A stretch of 64,000 nt of DNA, from NCBI GenBank assembly GCA_039589315.1, contig JBDHHQ010000006.1, forward strand, positions 64,001 to 128,000. The letters run 5' to 3'. Origin of the DNA: Gemmatimonadota bacterium (lineage in GTDB: Bacteria > Gemmatimonadota > Gemmatimonadetes > Longimicrobiales > Gaopeijiaceae). The notes under the pieces were generated by a model. The model did no database searches. It was not told the DNA's origin and was given only the letters and a program-made list of their open reading frames with translations. This document shows positions 28,916 to 38,568 of this stretch, piece by piece; position 1 is the first letter of the stretch; the number at the start of each line of letters is the position of its first letter. The translations under genes were made by a program, and so were the position numbers.

Positions 28916-28955
28916 CACCGGGCGGTGTGGGTCAGGACCCATGAACCGCCCGGTG
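28916..28955. terminator. Long hairpin between convergent genes (possible bidirectional terminator or REP-like element)
   Basis: CACCGGGCGGT...ACCGCCCGGTG outer stem, TGGGTC-AG-GACCCA inner stem; right arm overlaps 26-bp direct repeats at 28944-28995. Confidence 0.5.
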
Positions 28956-29019
28956 TGAAGCCAGGCCTCAACCGCCCGGTGTAAGGCCGGCCCTCGACCG
29001 CCCGCCTGGCGCAACCGGC

Positions 29020-31092
29020 TCAGAACACCTCTTCCTGGAGGAGGCCAAGGTCCCGGGTGGCCTCGGCCAGTCGCACGAACTCCTGGCGGTAGCCGTGCGC
29101 GTCTCTCCCCAGCGCCCCACTCGCCAGCGAGATCACGTCCTCGAGGGCAAACTCGCCGCAGTGCTCCGAGTCCCTGAGAATCATGCCGAAGGCGGCGATG
29201 GCGCCGGCGAAGCGGAGGTCGACGGAGGCCTCTCCGGGCCGGTCCACGACCACCTGGGTCAGCAATCGGCTCTCCCGGCCCGTGGGCTCCTTGTAGCGGA
29301 CCTTCACGAACATGAGCTCATCCGAGTCCATGCGCCGCGTGGGTCCGTCCTCCGGTTGGTACCGGAGTGGGTCGACCGATCCGGTCTGGACATCTGTCTC
29401 GGAGTCCACCGGAACCAGCTCGTAGAGGGCTGTCACCGAGTGACCGGCACCGAGCTCCCCCGCGTCCTTGCCGTCATCATTGAAGTCCTCGTCCGCCAGC
29501 AGCCGGTTCTCGTATCCGATCAGTCGGTATGCGCGAACGGTCGCCGGGTTGAATTCGACCTGGAGCTTCACGTCCTTGGCGAGGGTCAGCAACGTGCCGC
29601 CGATCTCCGTGACCAGCTGCTTGCGCGCTTCGAGGACGCCGTCGATGTACGCGTAGTTCCCGTTCCCATGATCGGCGAGGGCCTCCATCTTCGAGTCCTT
29701 CAGGTTCCCCGTCCCGAATCCGAGCACCGAGAGGAAGGTCCCCTGTTCCCGCTTGGCCTCGACCAGGCGGGTCATTTCGGCGTCTGAGGACGGACCCACG
29801 TTGAAATCACCGTCCGTGGCCAGGATGACCCGATTGTTGCCGGCGTCGATGTGATTCTCCATGGCTACGGCGTAGGCCAACTCGAGCCCCGCGCCGCCGG
29901 CCGTCGATCCGCCGGCCTCTAGCCCCTCGATGGCGTCGAGGATTGACTGCTTCTCGTCACCCGCGGTGGACGGGAGCACGAGGCCTGCGGCGCCCGCGTA
30001 CACGACGATGGCGACCCGGTCCTCCGGACGCAGCTGTCCCACCAGCAATCTCATGGCGGATTTGAGAAGCGGCAGCTTGTCCGGCGATTGCATGGAGCCT
30101 GAGACATCCAGGAGGAAGACGAGATTGTTCGGTGGAAGGTCCTCCGCGTCGATCCGCTCCGCCTGGACACCGATGCGAACCAATCGATGGGCGGGCTGCC
30201 ACGGCGCCGGGGCCACCTCGGTCGTCACCGTGAAGGGGGCGGCGCCGTCGGACGTCGGGTAGTCGTACGGGAAGTAGTTCACCATCTCCTCGATGCGAAC
30301 CGCATCTCTGGGCGGACGACGGCCCTCGTTGATGAACCTGCGCACGTTGGAATAGGACGCCCGGTCCACGTCGATGCTGAAGGTGGAAAGAGGAGACGAG
30401 GCCACTGGCAGGAAGCCGCTTTCGCTGATGCGCCCGTACGACTCCGTATTGAAGGCCGGATTGTACCGGCCCGGCAGCGACTGTTGGGCCAGAGACGGCG
30501 TCATGACCGACAGGGCGTCGGCCACGACCCGGGCGCCGATTACGCTCTCCGACACCTTGGCCAGCAGCTCGCCGGCGGCAACCGCCTCTTCGGGCTCTTG
30601 CCGCATCGACCTCAACGTGAAGTCCAGGGTCATGCTGGACCCGTCGACCAACAGGGTCGCAGTGCTCCGTGCGTAGCCCGGGTGCTCAGCCCGAACCGTG
30701 AGCTCACGGCCTGCCCAGGCCTCCGGAAGCGTGAGGACATACCCTCCGCCTCGGTCGGTCCTCGCTGCGAGACGGGTCCCCGAAACCGATACGACAGCCT
30801 CGCGCAAGGGCTGGCCCGTGACCGCGTCCGTCACCTTCCCCATGAGCGAGATCTCCGCACTCGGGGCGTCGGACCCCGGCGTGGGGGCCCTCGGCGCCCC
30901 GGCCGTCGGGCTGGTGGGCTGCAGCTCCAGGGTCCAAAGCGGGAGCTCCGGGGCGGTCGCCGGTGCCGATGGGGTCGCGGGGATCGGACTCCAGATCGAT
31001 GCCGGCAGCTCTGACGCCGGCCGGTCGTCCAGGACCGACGAGACCGTTGCCACTGCGGCAACGGCGATCATGAGCAGAACGGGGGTCTTCAT
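29020..31092 (-). CDS. YfbK-like VWA protein with N-terminal carboxypeptidase-regulatory-like domain and DUF3520
   Basis: PLSTFSIDVD.ASYSNVR, DVSGS MIDAS motif, ATDGDFNVG, YRLIGYENR, DAGELGAGH. Confidence 0.9.
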   Translation of the reverse strand: MKTPVLLMIAVAAVATVSSVLDDRPASELPASIWSPIPATPSAPATAPELPLWTLELQPTSPTAGAPRAPTPGSDAPSAEISLMGKVTDAVTGQPLREAVVSVSGTRLAARTDRGGGYVLTLPEAWAGRELTVRAEHPGYARSTATLLVDGSSMTLDFTLRSMRQEPEEAVAAGELLAKVSESVIGARVVADALSVMTPSLAQQSLPGRYNPAFNTESYGRISESGFLPVASSPLSTFSIDVDRASYSNVRRFINEGRRPPRDAVRIEEMVNYFPYDYPTSDGAAPFTVTTEVAPAPWQPAHRLVRIGVQAERIDAEDLPPNNLVFLLDVSGSMQSPDKLPLLKSAMRLLVGQLRPEDRVAIVVYAGAAGLVLPSTAGDEKQSILDAIEGLEAGGSTAGGAGLELAYAVAMENHIDAGNNRVILATDGDFNVGPSSDAEMTRLVEAKREQGTFLSVLGFGTGNLKDSKMEALADHGNGNYAYIDGVLEARKQLVTEIGGTLLTLAKDVKLQVEFNPATVRAYRLIGYENRLLADEDFNDDGKDAGELGAGHSVTALYELVPVDSETDVQTGSVDPLRYQPEDGPTRRMDSDELMFVKVRYKEPTGRESRLLTQVVVDRPGEASVDLRFAGAIAAFGMILRDSEHCGEFALEDVISLASGALGRDAHGYRQEFVRLAEATRDLGLLQEEVF

Positions 31093-31317
31093 GGGGTCAT
31101 CCCTCCCTCGGTGTTCGGGGTCTTGCGGGCTGCAATCGCCAGGCTCTCGTGTAGGAAGACGTTGGAGGGGAGAGATCTTGCACAGCGCTCACGCCGTTCG
31201 AAGCACAGCGCGGACGACATGCGTGCCGGGATGAGCGCTCCAGGCGGACGAAGGCCTGGCCTACGCCCCGGCGAAGGCCTGCTCGCGCTGGCCCCCCCCG
31301 GGCTCAGCCGGATCGGC

Positions 31318-32094
31318 TCAGGCTGCCCGGCCCGACGAGTCCGTGCCCGCAGGCGCCGAGACGAGATGGGGATCATCCAGGACACGGGTGAGAACCGCCA
31401 TGAGCCCGAAGACGACCATGACGTTGGTGACCAGAAAGAACATGGCTTCCTCGACAGGGAGGCCCATGGGAGCGGCGCCGAACGTGTAGCGGTCGGAGAT
31501 GGTCCGTGTCCCGGCGTCGATGGCCGTCCGGTCGGCGAACCAGAGGTACAGGGTCGGCACGAGGATCGACGGCAGCACGGCGGGTCGAAAGCGGAGAATG
31601 AGGGGGCCAGCGTGAAGCCAGAGAAGAAGAAGAACCGGCGCGCTCCAGATCAGGATCAGACCCATATACGTGCCCGGCTCCGAGGCCAACAGGAGGACTC
31701 CCTCTGCGCCCATCGCCAACAGGGGGATCGTGCCCCAGAACCTCACGCGGGCAGGCCTGGCGACCGCCGGGGGAGGCTGGCCTGACTCAAGGATGCGGAG
31801 GAGGAACACGTACAGGACCATGCCCGTGAGAAGAGGCTGCAGGATGAAGAACGCGTATTCCTCGATGGGCACCCATCCGATCGTACCGAGGACTCGTCTC
31901 TCGCCGTAGCCCCAGATCCCGTTCGCCACGAGGTAGTTGTCCCAGGGGGTCGCGTACAGGAGCGCGATGAGTGGGATGGCGATCAGGCCGAGGCGGGCTC
32001 TGGGACCCAGGACGGCGACGGCGCGGGGAAGCCGGGTCGCCAGGATCACCAAGGGCGGCAGCAGGAAGATCAGGTGAAACTGTAGGTAGGTCAT
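31318..32094 (-). CDS. Lycopene cyclase domain protein (fused CrtYc/CrtYd type)
   Basis: MTYLQFH, PWDNYLV, VPIEEY.FF and LPVEEAMFF duplicated cyclase motifs. Confidence 0.85.
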   Translation of the reverse strand: MTYLQFHLIFLLPPLVILATRLPRAVAVLGPRARLGLIAIPLIALLYATPWDNYLVANGIWGYGERRVLGTIGWVPIEEYAFFILQPLLTGMVLYVFLLRILESGQPPPAVARPARVRFWGTIPLLAMGAEGVLLLASEPGTYMGLILIWSAPVLLLLWLHAGPLILRFRPAVLPSILVPTLYLWFADRTAIDAGTRTISDRYTFGAAPMGLPVEEAMFFLVTNVMVVFGLMAVLTRVLDDPHLVSAPAGTDSSGRAA

Positions 32095-32134
32095 CGGCCC
32101 CCGCGGTGGTGATCCATGTGGTCAAGTTGGCAGC

Positions 32135-32262
32135 GTCGGTCAGTCGCCCAGGCTGGTCACGTCGGTCAGTCGGTCGATCGGATCAATCGGTCGATCGGTC
32201 AGGTCGGTCAGGTCGGTCAGGTTGGTCAATCGGTCAGGTCGGTCAATCGGTCAGGTCGGCCA
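32135..32262. repeat. Short tandem repeat, 8-9-bp unit (G/A)TCGGTCA(G), about 15 degenerate copies
   Basis: ...GTCGGTCA GTCGGTCG ATCGGATCA ATCGGTCG ATCGGTCA GGTCGGTCA GGTCGGTCA... Confidence 0.85.
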
Positions 32263-32455
32263 GGAAGCCCGCGTGGCTCGGTGGCACGATGCTGGTGAAT
32301 CGCTCGTGATCCGTCTACGGCGGTGGGCCCGCGGCCACCGCGGGGGCACTGGTCGAGGGAGTCGTTCGGATCCCCTCGGGAGCAGATTGACAGACTCGCG
32401 GGCCACGGGGACTATTCCCGCTCCCTCACGATCCGCTTGTCGAAACAAGGAGCCC

Positions 32456-33028
32456 ATGATGTCCGACCGCATTCCGCGCCGCGACTTCCTCGCCGGAGGT
32501 TCAGTGTTCGCTGCCGGCGCCCTCACGGCAGCCGCCACGACGGATCTCGGGGCATCGCCTCAGGGGCCGCAGCAGGTTCCGACGCCCGAGGAGCGGTTGC
32601 GCGAGCTGGGCATCGAGTTGCCCGAGCCGGCCACACCGGTCGCGAACTACGTCACTCGTGTCCAGGTGGGCGACCTGTTGTTCATCTCCGGACACACCTC
32701 GAGCGCTCCCCGCGGAAAGGTGGGTGGGGAGCTGACTCTCGAGGAAGGGTACGATGCGGCGAGAGACGCAGGTCTTCGCGTTCTGGCCACCGTCCGCGAC
32801 GAGCTGGGCACGCTCGACCGCGTGGCGCGCGTGGTCCAGATCATCGGAATGGTCAACTGCACCCCCGACTTCATCCAGCAGCCCCAGGTCGTCAACGGAT
32901 TCAGCGACCTCCTGGTCGAGGTCTTCGGCGAGGACCTGGGCCGGGGCGCCCGGGCGGCGGTCGGCATGGTGTCGCTGCCGCGCGGGGTGCCGGTGGAGGT
33001 CATGACGACCTTCCAGGTTCGAACCTGA
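32456..33028 (+). CDS. RidA/YjgF family protein with twin-arginine (Tat) signal
   Basis: PRRDFLAGG Tat motif; P.P..PVANYV, V.NGFSDL..EVFG, ARAAVG..SLP. Confidence 0.85.
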   Translation: MMSDRIPRRDFLAGGSVFAAGALTAAATTDLGASPQGPQQVPTPEERLRELGIELPEPATPVANYVTRVQVGDLLFISGHTSSAPRGKVGGELTLEEGYDAARDAGLRVLATVRDELGTLDRVARVVQIIGMVNCTPDFIQQPQVVNGFSDLLVEVFGEDLGRGARAAVGMVSLPRGVPVEVMTTFQVRT

Positions 33029-33795
33029 TGGCCGCTGGCCCCTCCCGTCCACTGGAAGGGAAGACCGCGCTCGTGACCGGTGGCGGCAGACGGCTGGGTC
33101 GGGCCATCTCACTGGCCCTGGGTGGGGCGGGGGCCGCCGTGGTCGTCCACTACAACCGCTCGGCGGTGGAGGCGGCCGAGGTCTGTGACGAGCTCGAGGC
33201 CATAGGGGCGCGATGCCACTCCCTGCGGGCGGAGCTCTCCCGCTCGGATGGACTCGAGGACCTGGTGGCTCAGGCGTGGGATTGGTCCGGCGCGGTGGAC
33301 GTGCTCGTCAACAACGCGTCCATCTTTCCGACAGGGCGACTGACGGACATGACGTTCGAGAGCGTGACGGCCAACATGGCCGTGAACGCCTGGGCGCCTT
33401 TCGCGCTCACCAGAGCCCTGTGGGAGCGGGCCGAAGCGGCGGAGCGTGGGGGGGCCGTCGTCAATCTGCTGGACAGCCGACTCGTCGGCGGGGACCCCCT
33501 CCACGCCGCCTATTTCGTCAGCAAGTCGGCCCTCGCGCAGCTCACGGAGGCCTCGGCGCTGGAGTTCGCTCCAGCGCTTCGGGTCAACGCCGTAGCCCCG
33601 GGTCCCATCCTCCCGCCCGAGGACAAGACCAAAGAGTATCTGCGTCAGCAGCTGGACCGGCTGCCACTTCAGCGTTGGGGCGGGACCGGGGCCATTGCCG
33701 AGGCCGTGCTCTACCTGGCCACGGCGGACTTCGTGACCGGGCAGACCATCTTCGTCGATGGCGGACAGCACCTTCGACCCTGGGGCCGAGCATGA
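33028..33795 (+). CDS. Pteridine reductase-like SDR (FolM/PTR1-like)
   Basis: TGGGRRLG, VHYNRS, NNASIF, YFVSK, TGQTIFVDGG; precedes folB and folK. Confidence 0.8.
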   Translation: MAAGPSRPLEGKTALVTGGGRRLGRAISLALGGAGAAVVVHYNRSAVEAAEVCDELEAIGARCHSLRAELSRSDGLEDLVAQAWDWSGAVDVLVNNASIFPTGRLTDMTFESVTANMAVNAWAPFALTRALWERAEAAERGGAVVNLLDSRLVGGDPLHAAYFVSKSALAQLTEASALEFAPALRVNAVAPGPILPPEDKTKEYLRQQLDRLPLQRWGGTGAIAEAVLYLATADFVTGQTIFVDGGQHLRPWGRA

Positions 33796-34151
33796 CCGAT
33801 CGAATCCACATCTCCGACCTCCTCCTTCGCTGCGTGATCGGGGCGAACGACTGGGAGCGCAAGGTCCAGCAGGAGGTGCTGATCAACATCGAGCTGCGAA
33901 CGGACCTTCGGCAGGCAGGCGTGAGCGACGACCTGACCGACGCCGTCGACTACCGTTCCTTGACGAAGAAGGTCATCGCGATGGTCGAGTCATCGGACTA
34001 CCACCTCGTGGAGGCGCTGGCCGGCGCCATCGCCGCCCTCTGCCTCGAGGATCCGCGAGTGCGTTCGACCGTGGTGCGCGTGGAGAAGCCCGGCGCGCTT
34101 CGCTTCGCGAGGACCGTCGGCGTGGAGATCGAGCGCGCACGGGATGAGTGA
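33792..34151 (+). CDS. folB: Dihydroneopterin aldolase (FolB/FolX family)
   Basis: DRIHI.DL...IG...WER...Q, SDDL...VDY, LVE.LA, VEKPGA. Confidence 0.9.
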   Translation: MTDRIHISDLLLRCVIGANDWERKVQQEVLINIELRTDLRQAGVSDDLTDAVDYRSLTKKVIAMVESSDYHLVEALAGAIAALCLEDPRVRSTVVRVEKPGALRFARTVGVEIERARDE

Positions 34152-34686
34152 GGATCCAACCGACCGCGAACGTGGGGACACCGTCCAGGCGTTCGTGGGC
34201 GTGGGCTCCAACATTCGTCCTGGCGACAACGTGCTGAAGGCGGTGGCGCTCCTGGCGCGACGCGCCAGTCTACGGGGTGTCTCGACGTTCTATCGCACGT
34301 CTCCCGTGGGAGCCGGGGACACCCGAGACTTCTACAACGGCGTCTTGGAGATCATGGTCGACGGCGACGTAAAGGCGGTGCGGCGCCTCCTCGCGGACGT
34401 AGAGGGCGCCCTGGGCAGGGTCCGGACCGAAGACCCCCACGCCGCCCGGGTCATCGACCTCGATCTACTGACCTGGCAAGAGCCCCTTGCCGGCGGCGAC
34501 ACTGCGGACGTGCATCCCGACGTCACCCGAAGGGGATTCGTGGCCCTACCGCTCCTCGAGCTGGCGCCGGAGCTGGTTCTGGGGGACAGCGGCCGCCCGC
34601 TGGCGGAGGTGGCGGAGAGATTCGAGGCGCCCCCTGGACAGCCCCTGGTGGAGCTCAGCCGCCGGCTGCGTTCCCTCGTTCGGTAG
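34144..34686 (+). CDS. folK: 2-amino-4-hydroxy-6-hydroxymethyldihydropteridine diphosphokinase
   Basis: VGSN, FYNGV, LGRVR, RVIDLDLL, HP....RGFV..PL. Confidence 0.85.
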   Translation: MSEDPTDRERGDTVQAFVGVGSNIRPGDNVLKAVALLARRASLRGVSTFYRTSPVGAGDTRDFYNGVLEIMVDGDVKAVRRLLADVEGALGRVRTEDPHAARVIDLDLLTWQEPLAGGDTADVHPDVTRRGFVALPLLELAPELVLGDSGRPLAEVAERFEAPPGQPLVELSRRLRSLVR

Positions 34687-35482
34687 AAGGGTCACCGCCG
34701 TTGCGGAGCTGCCGTATCTGGTCCAGTTGGCCCCGGACGGCCTCCATCGCCCGGTCCACGATCGCCTGCGCCGTTTCCCGGGATCGATCACCGTCGAGAA
34801 GGTCCGAGTAGTCCACGGGCGCGCCGTAGGACACGTAGATGCGCTTGAAGATTCGGGGCCAGGAGCTGCCGATGGGCAGCACGTCCTGCATGCCGTCGAT
34901 GGCGACGGGGATGACCCGCGGCTGCGTCCCCAGGATGACGAAGCCGGCGCCCGGGCGACCCGTGCCGACGTCGGCGCTCCGGGAGCGGGTCCCCTCCGGG
35001 AAGAGCGTCAGCACGCCGCCTGGGAGCACCTCCATCATGCGATTGAGGGCGTTCAGGTCACGGCGACCCTGGCGGACCGGAATGCAACGCCAGTGCTTGG
35101 ACATCCACCGGACGATCTTGTTCCTGAAGAAGTTCTCTTCGGCGGCCAGGTGCCAGGGGATCAGGTGGGGCTTGAGCCAGGATCTCGGGTAGAACGCGAA
35201 CATGGCCACCGGGAAACTGTCGATCATGGACTGGTGGTTGGAGAGCAGGAGCGTGTTCCGGTACTCTCCGATGTTCTCTTTCCCGATCACCTTCGTTCGA
35301 TTGAGGACCTTGAAGTAGATCCACAGTAGGCTGACCGAGACGTTCGTGAAGACGTAGCTCGTGACGCCCCACAGCATTCGACCCAGGCCAGGCCTGGGTA
35401 GCCAGTGGAGTGTACTGCTGGCGTGTGCCCGATGACTCACGGGCGTCTCGTCGGTGAGAACTGCTTCGTGCGGCTCGTTCAC
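34655..35482 (-). CDS. plsC: 1-acyl-sn-glycerol-3-phosphate acyltransferase (PlsC family)
   Basis: NHQSMID (HxxxxD) and FPEGTRS; the real gene is the C-terminal part of ORF 34655..36604, start inferred. Confidence 0.85.
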   Translation of the reverse strand: MNEPHEAVLTDETPVSHRAHASSTLHWLPRPGLGRMLWGVTSYVFTNVSVSLLWIYFKVLNRTKVIGKENIGEYRNTLLLSNHQSMIDSFPVAMFAFYPRSWLKPHLIPWHLAAEENFFRNKIVRWMSKHWRCIPVRQGRRDLNALNRMMEVLPGGVLTLFPEGTRSRSADVGTGRPGAGFVILGTQPRVIPVAIDGMQDVLPIGSSWPRIFKRIYVSYGAPVDYSDLLDGDRSRETAQAIVDRAMEAVRGQLDQIRQLRNGGDPSTERGNAAGG

Positions 35483-35632
35483 GGCAGGAACTATGATGTC
35501 GCTTCGAGGCTGACGGTGCAACTGTTCACGCAGTCGTCTGTGACCAGATTGGCATTCCCAAAGCGGGCGGCTTAACTGGAGAGGGGGGGAAGCCTGGGCC
35601 CGAAGTCCGGTCAGCCAAATGCAGGAGTCGAC

Positions 35633-36898
35633 GTGACACTGGCGTTCTCCGAGCGTGACCGTGCGCTGCTCGAGGGCGAGCTGGGTCCCGCGTGCGCCAT
35701 GGCTATGCGTATCCTCGTGCGCATGGCGCGGATCCAGGGCGCGTCGAGCTTCCTCGACGTCACCGGCGCGCACATCGACTCGGCCCTGTACATGGGTGAG
35801 GCCACGCTCGAGTACGCGGAGCGTCTCGCCGACCTGGGGGCGACCGTGGTGGTGCCCACCACGTCGAATGTGGCGGGCGTGGATCCACACGGCTGGGAGC
35901 GGTGGGCGGTCCCACCACAGTGGGCGGCCAAGGCCCAGAGGCAGATGGACGCCTACCGGCGGATGGGCTGCGCGCCGACGTGGACCTGCGCGCCGTACCA
36001 GACCGAGCGTCGGCCAGGGTTCGGTGAGCAGGTGGCATGGGGGGAGTCGTCTGCCATCGTATTCGCCAACTCGGTCCTGGGCGCCCGCACAGAGCGCTAC
36101 CCCGACCTGCTGGACATCTGCGCCGCCGTGACGGGCCGGGTGCCGGCCGTGGGCCTGCACCTGGACGAGAATCGGGCGGGCCAGGTTCGGGTCGTCCTCC
36201 GAGACGTCCCGCCGGAGGTCCAGGCACACGAGAGCTTCTATCCGGTCTTCGGCCACTGGGTGGGGGGAAGGGTCGGCGGCCGCATCCCGGTCATCTCGGG
36301 CCTGGCCGTCGCGCCGAACGAGGACCAGCTCAAATCGATGGGCGCCGCCATGGCCTCGTCGGGCGCCGTGGCCCTCTTCCACCTGGTCGGTGTCACGCCC
36401 GAGGCCCCCACCGAGGTGGAGGCGTTCCGCGGGCGGGTGCCGGAAGAAGAGATCGTGGCCGACCTGGACAGCCTGAGGGCCGCCCGTCGGGACCTCCATA
36501 CTGCCCTGGGGCAGCGCCTCGACCTGGTGGTGCTGGGCAGCCCCCATTTCTCCCTGACCGAGTTCAGGCGCCTGGTCCCGATGCTGGAGCGCCGTCACGC
36601 CCACGCGGCCGTCCGCTTCCTGGTGACCTGCGGGCGTGGCGTGAAGCTGCTGGCAAGGGAAGCCGGTCTCCTCGAACCCCTGGACCGGTTCGGCGGAGAG
36701 GTCACCGTGGATACGTGTATCCTGACCACGCCCATGCTGGGTGAGGACGTCCGTGTCATCATGACCAACTCGGCGAAGTACGCCTACTACGCTCCGGGAC
36801 TGCTCGGCACGACCGTCGCATTCGGTAGCCTGGAGGATTGCGTGGCGTCCGCCGAAGCGGGACGGGTGCTTCGAAAGGAGGGTCCATGGGCCGAGTGA
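35633..36898 (+). CDS. Aconitase X catalytic (large) subunit, DUF521
   Basis: AHIDS, TWTCAPY, WGESSA..FANSV.GART, LFHLVGVTPEA, DTC, MTNSAKYAYYAPG. Confidence 0.9.
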   Translation: MTLAFSERDRALLEGELGPACAMAMRILVRMARIQGASSFLDVTGAHIDSALYMGEATLEYAERLADLGATVVVPTTSNVAGVDPHGWERWAVPPQWAAKAQRQMDAYRRMGCAPTWTCAPYQTERRPGFGEQVAWGESSAIVFANSVLGARTERYPDLLDICAAVTGRVPAVGLHLDENRAGQVRVVLRDVPPEVQAHESFYPVFGHWVGGRVGGRIPVISGLAVAPNEDQLKSMGAAMASSGAVALFHLVGVTPEAPTEVEAFRGRVPEEEIVADLDSLRAARRDLHTALGQRLDLVVLGSPHFSLTEFRRLVPMLERRHAHAAVRFLVTCGRGVKLLAREAGLLEPLDRFGGEVTVDTCILTTPMLGEDVRVIMTNSAKYAYYAPGLLGTTVAFGSLEDCVASAEAGRVLRKEGPWAE

Positions 36899-37305
36899 TC
36901 CGAGGCCGTGTCCTGGTGACGGGCGAGGCGACGGGAGACCTCCTCGTGGCCACGGAGCCGTTGAGCTTCTGGGGGGGCTACGACCCGGCTACCGGGGAGA
37001 TCATCGACCGGCGCCACCCACTGTCGGGTCAGGTTGCCCGGGGTCGTATCCTGGCCGTGCCCGCCACGAGAGGGTCGAGCACGACCACGGCCATCCTCCT
37101 CGAAGCCATCCGCCAGGGAAACGCCCCTGCCGCCATCGTGACGGCCGGGACCGACGGCTTCCTGGCCCTGGCCAGCGTCGTGGCCGACGAGATGTACGGG
37201 ACGCCGATGCCGTTGGTGGAGCTGACCCCGGCCGAGTTCGACCGACTGCGGTCGGGCGTTGCGGTGAGGATCGAGCTGGATGGCACGCTGGAGCTCGCGG
37301 GCTGA
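36886..37305 (+). CDS. Aconitase X swivel (small) subunit, DUF126
   Basis: LSFWGG.DP.TG.IIDRRHPL.G, RGSST. Confidence 0.9.
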   Translation: MGRVIRGRVLVTGEATGDLLVATEPLSFWGGYDPATGEIIDRRHPLSGQVARGRILAVPATRGSSTTTAILLEAIRQGNAPAAIVTAGTDGFLALASVVADEMYGTPMPLVELTPAEFDRLRSGVAVRIELDGTLELAG

Positions 37306-37345
37306 CCGTCCCGGTCGGCGTGGAAGCCCGGGAGCTACCGTAGCG

Positions 37346-37846
37346 TCAGGACTCGGGCTCTTGGTCCCGGACGCCGGGCTCGGCCCGCCGATCGTGGTCG
37401 AGCCGCCGGTGGCCTTCCATCGTGCGATCCGGGAGATAGCGACCGGAGGCCTGTCGGCGGTCCGGGGTATGGCGCCGGTTCGGGGGCCAGCCGGGTGGAA
37501 CGAATCTGTCGTTCTCTCCAAGTGCCTGGGCGGGGGCAGTCTCGGCCTCCGGTCCGACGAGGAATCGCTTGAGAGACCAACGCATCACCTCGGCGGAGTG
37601 CTCCACCGACTCGCGACACGACGCGCAGACGAGCTGGTAGACCTCGGGGTCTCCACCGAAGTCGTGCTTTTCCCAACCCATGAGGAGTCGCCGGCGGAAG
37701 GGGGTCGGCAACAGCTGAACCTCGTGGTCGCCACTCGCTTCGCACCGCCAATGGGAGAAGGAGATGTCCCCGCGGGCGTAGTGGAGGAGCGGATCGAAGC
37801 GATCGAACTCCGTGAAGATGTGTGTCGTGTCTACGATAACGATCAT
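37346..37846 (-). CDS. Hypothetical protein
   Basis: GGAGG RBS before ATG 37846; fills the gap between genes; contains CASC; no recognised family. Confidence 0.4.
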   Translation of the reverse strand: MIVIVDTTHIFTEFDRFDPLLHYARGDISFSHWRCEASGDHEVQLLPTPFRRRLLMGWEKHDFGGDPEVYQLVCASCRESVEHSAEVMRWSLKRFLVGPEAETAPAQALGENDRFVPPGWPPNRRHTPDRRQASGRYLPDRTMEGHRRLDHDRRAEPGVRDQEPES

Positions 37847-38117
37847 TGCTAACACCCCTCCGATGGCCCCGTCGGGTCCGCGGGGAGTCGGGAGCCCATT
37901 GTCAACAAAAGATGGCGCCCCGATCTCTGGTGAATCAAGCTTTCCGGCGCCGATCGAGTGGCCCCGGCGGGACCAGGTGACGGCAGATCGCCGAGCTTCG
38001 AAACGGTTTTGGCCCGGTTCCCGTAGGGACACATGTAGGATGAGGGTCGACCTTACATTAGGATGTGAAGGTCAGGCTGTGCATCAGGAAGGAACCACTC
38101 CCCTGGGAGGACGACCG

Positions 38118-38381
38118 ATGTCGCTCATTGGACTCGGGATCGCAGGCGTCGCTAGCGTCTTCGGTCACATCAAGACACGCGAATACGTGCGGCGTCGGCT
38201 ACGCTTCACGAGCATCATCGAGAAGCCGGGAATCGGGTTGGCCGCCGGCGCCCTGACCACCGTGGCGGTCGCCGCCTTGCCGATCGTGGGGATTCCCACA
38301 GGCTTGATCCTCGGCGCGGGCGTCGGTACCGGCGTAGCGTTCGGCGCCAAAGACGCGAAGAGCCGCCGCCTCGAAGACTGA
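38118..38381 (+). CDS. Small hypothetical membrane protein
   Basis: GGAGG RBS; Gly-rich hydrophobic segments. Confidence 0.65.
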   Translation: MSLIGLGIAGVASVFGHIKTREYVRRRLRFTSIIEKPGIGLAAGALTTVAVAALPIVGIPTGLILGAGVGTGVAFGAKDAKSRRLED

Positions 38382-38568
38382 TCATCAACGCCGTCCGGAG
38401 GTGGGAGCTCCCTGCCCCGGGCGCGGTCTTCGCCACGCTCTCCGGTCCCTGTGGACCGGGGGGCGCTTTCACGTCAGGTCTCCGTTCACCCTCGATGTCA
38501 GAAACCGCCGCCGCCCCACGTTTTCGATGCGAGGGGTGGAGACTGCGCCGCAACCGGAAGGGGAACGG

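Noticed and set aside
35483..36604. N-terminal 370 aa of the 649-aa ORF 34655..36604
   Set aside because: Antisense shadow of the aconitase X gene; only the PlsC part is credible
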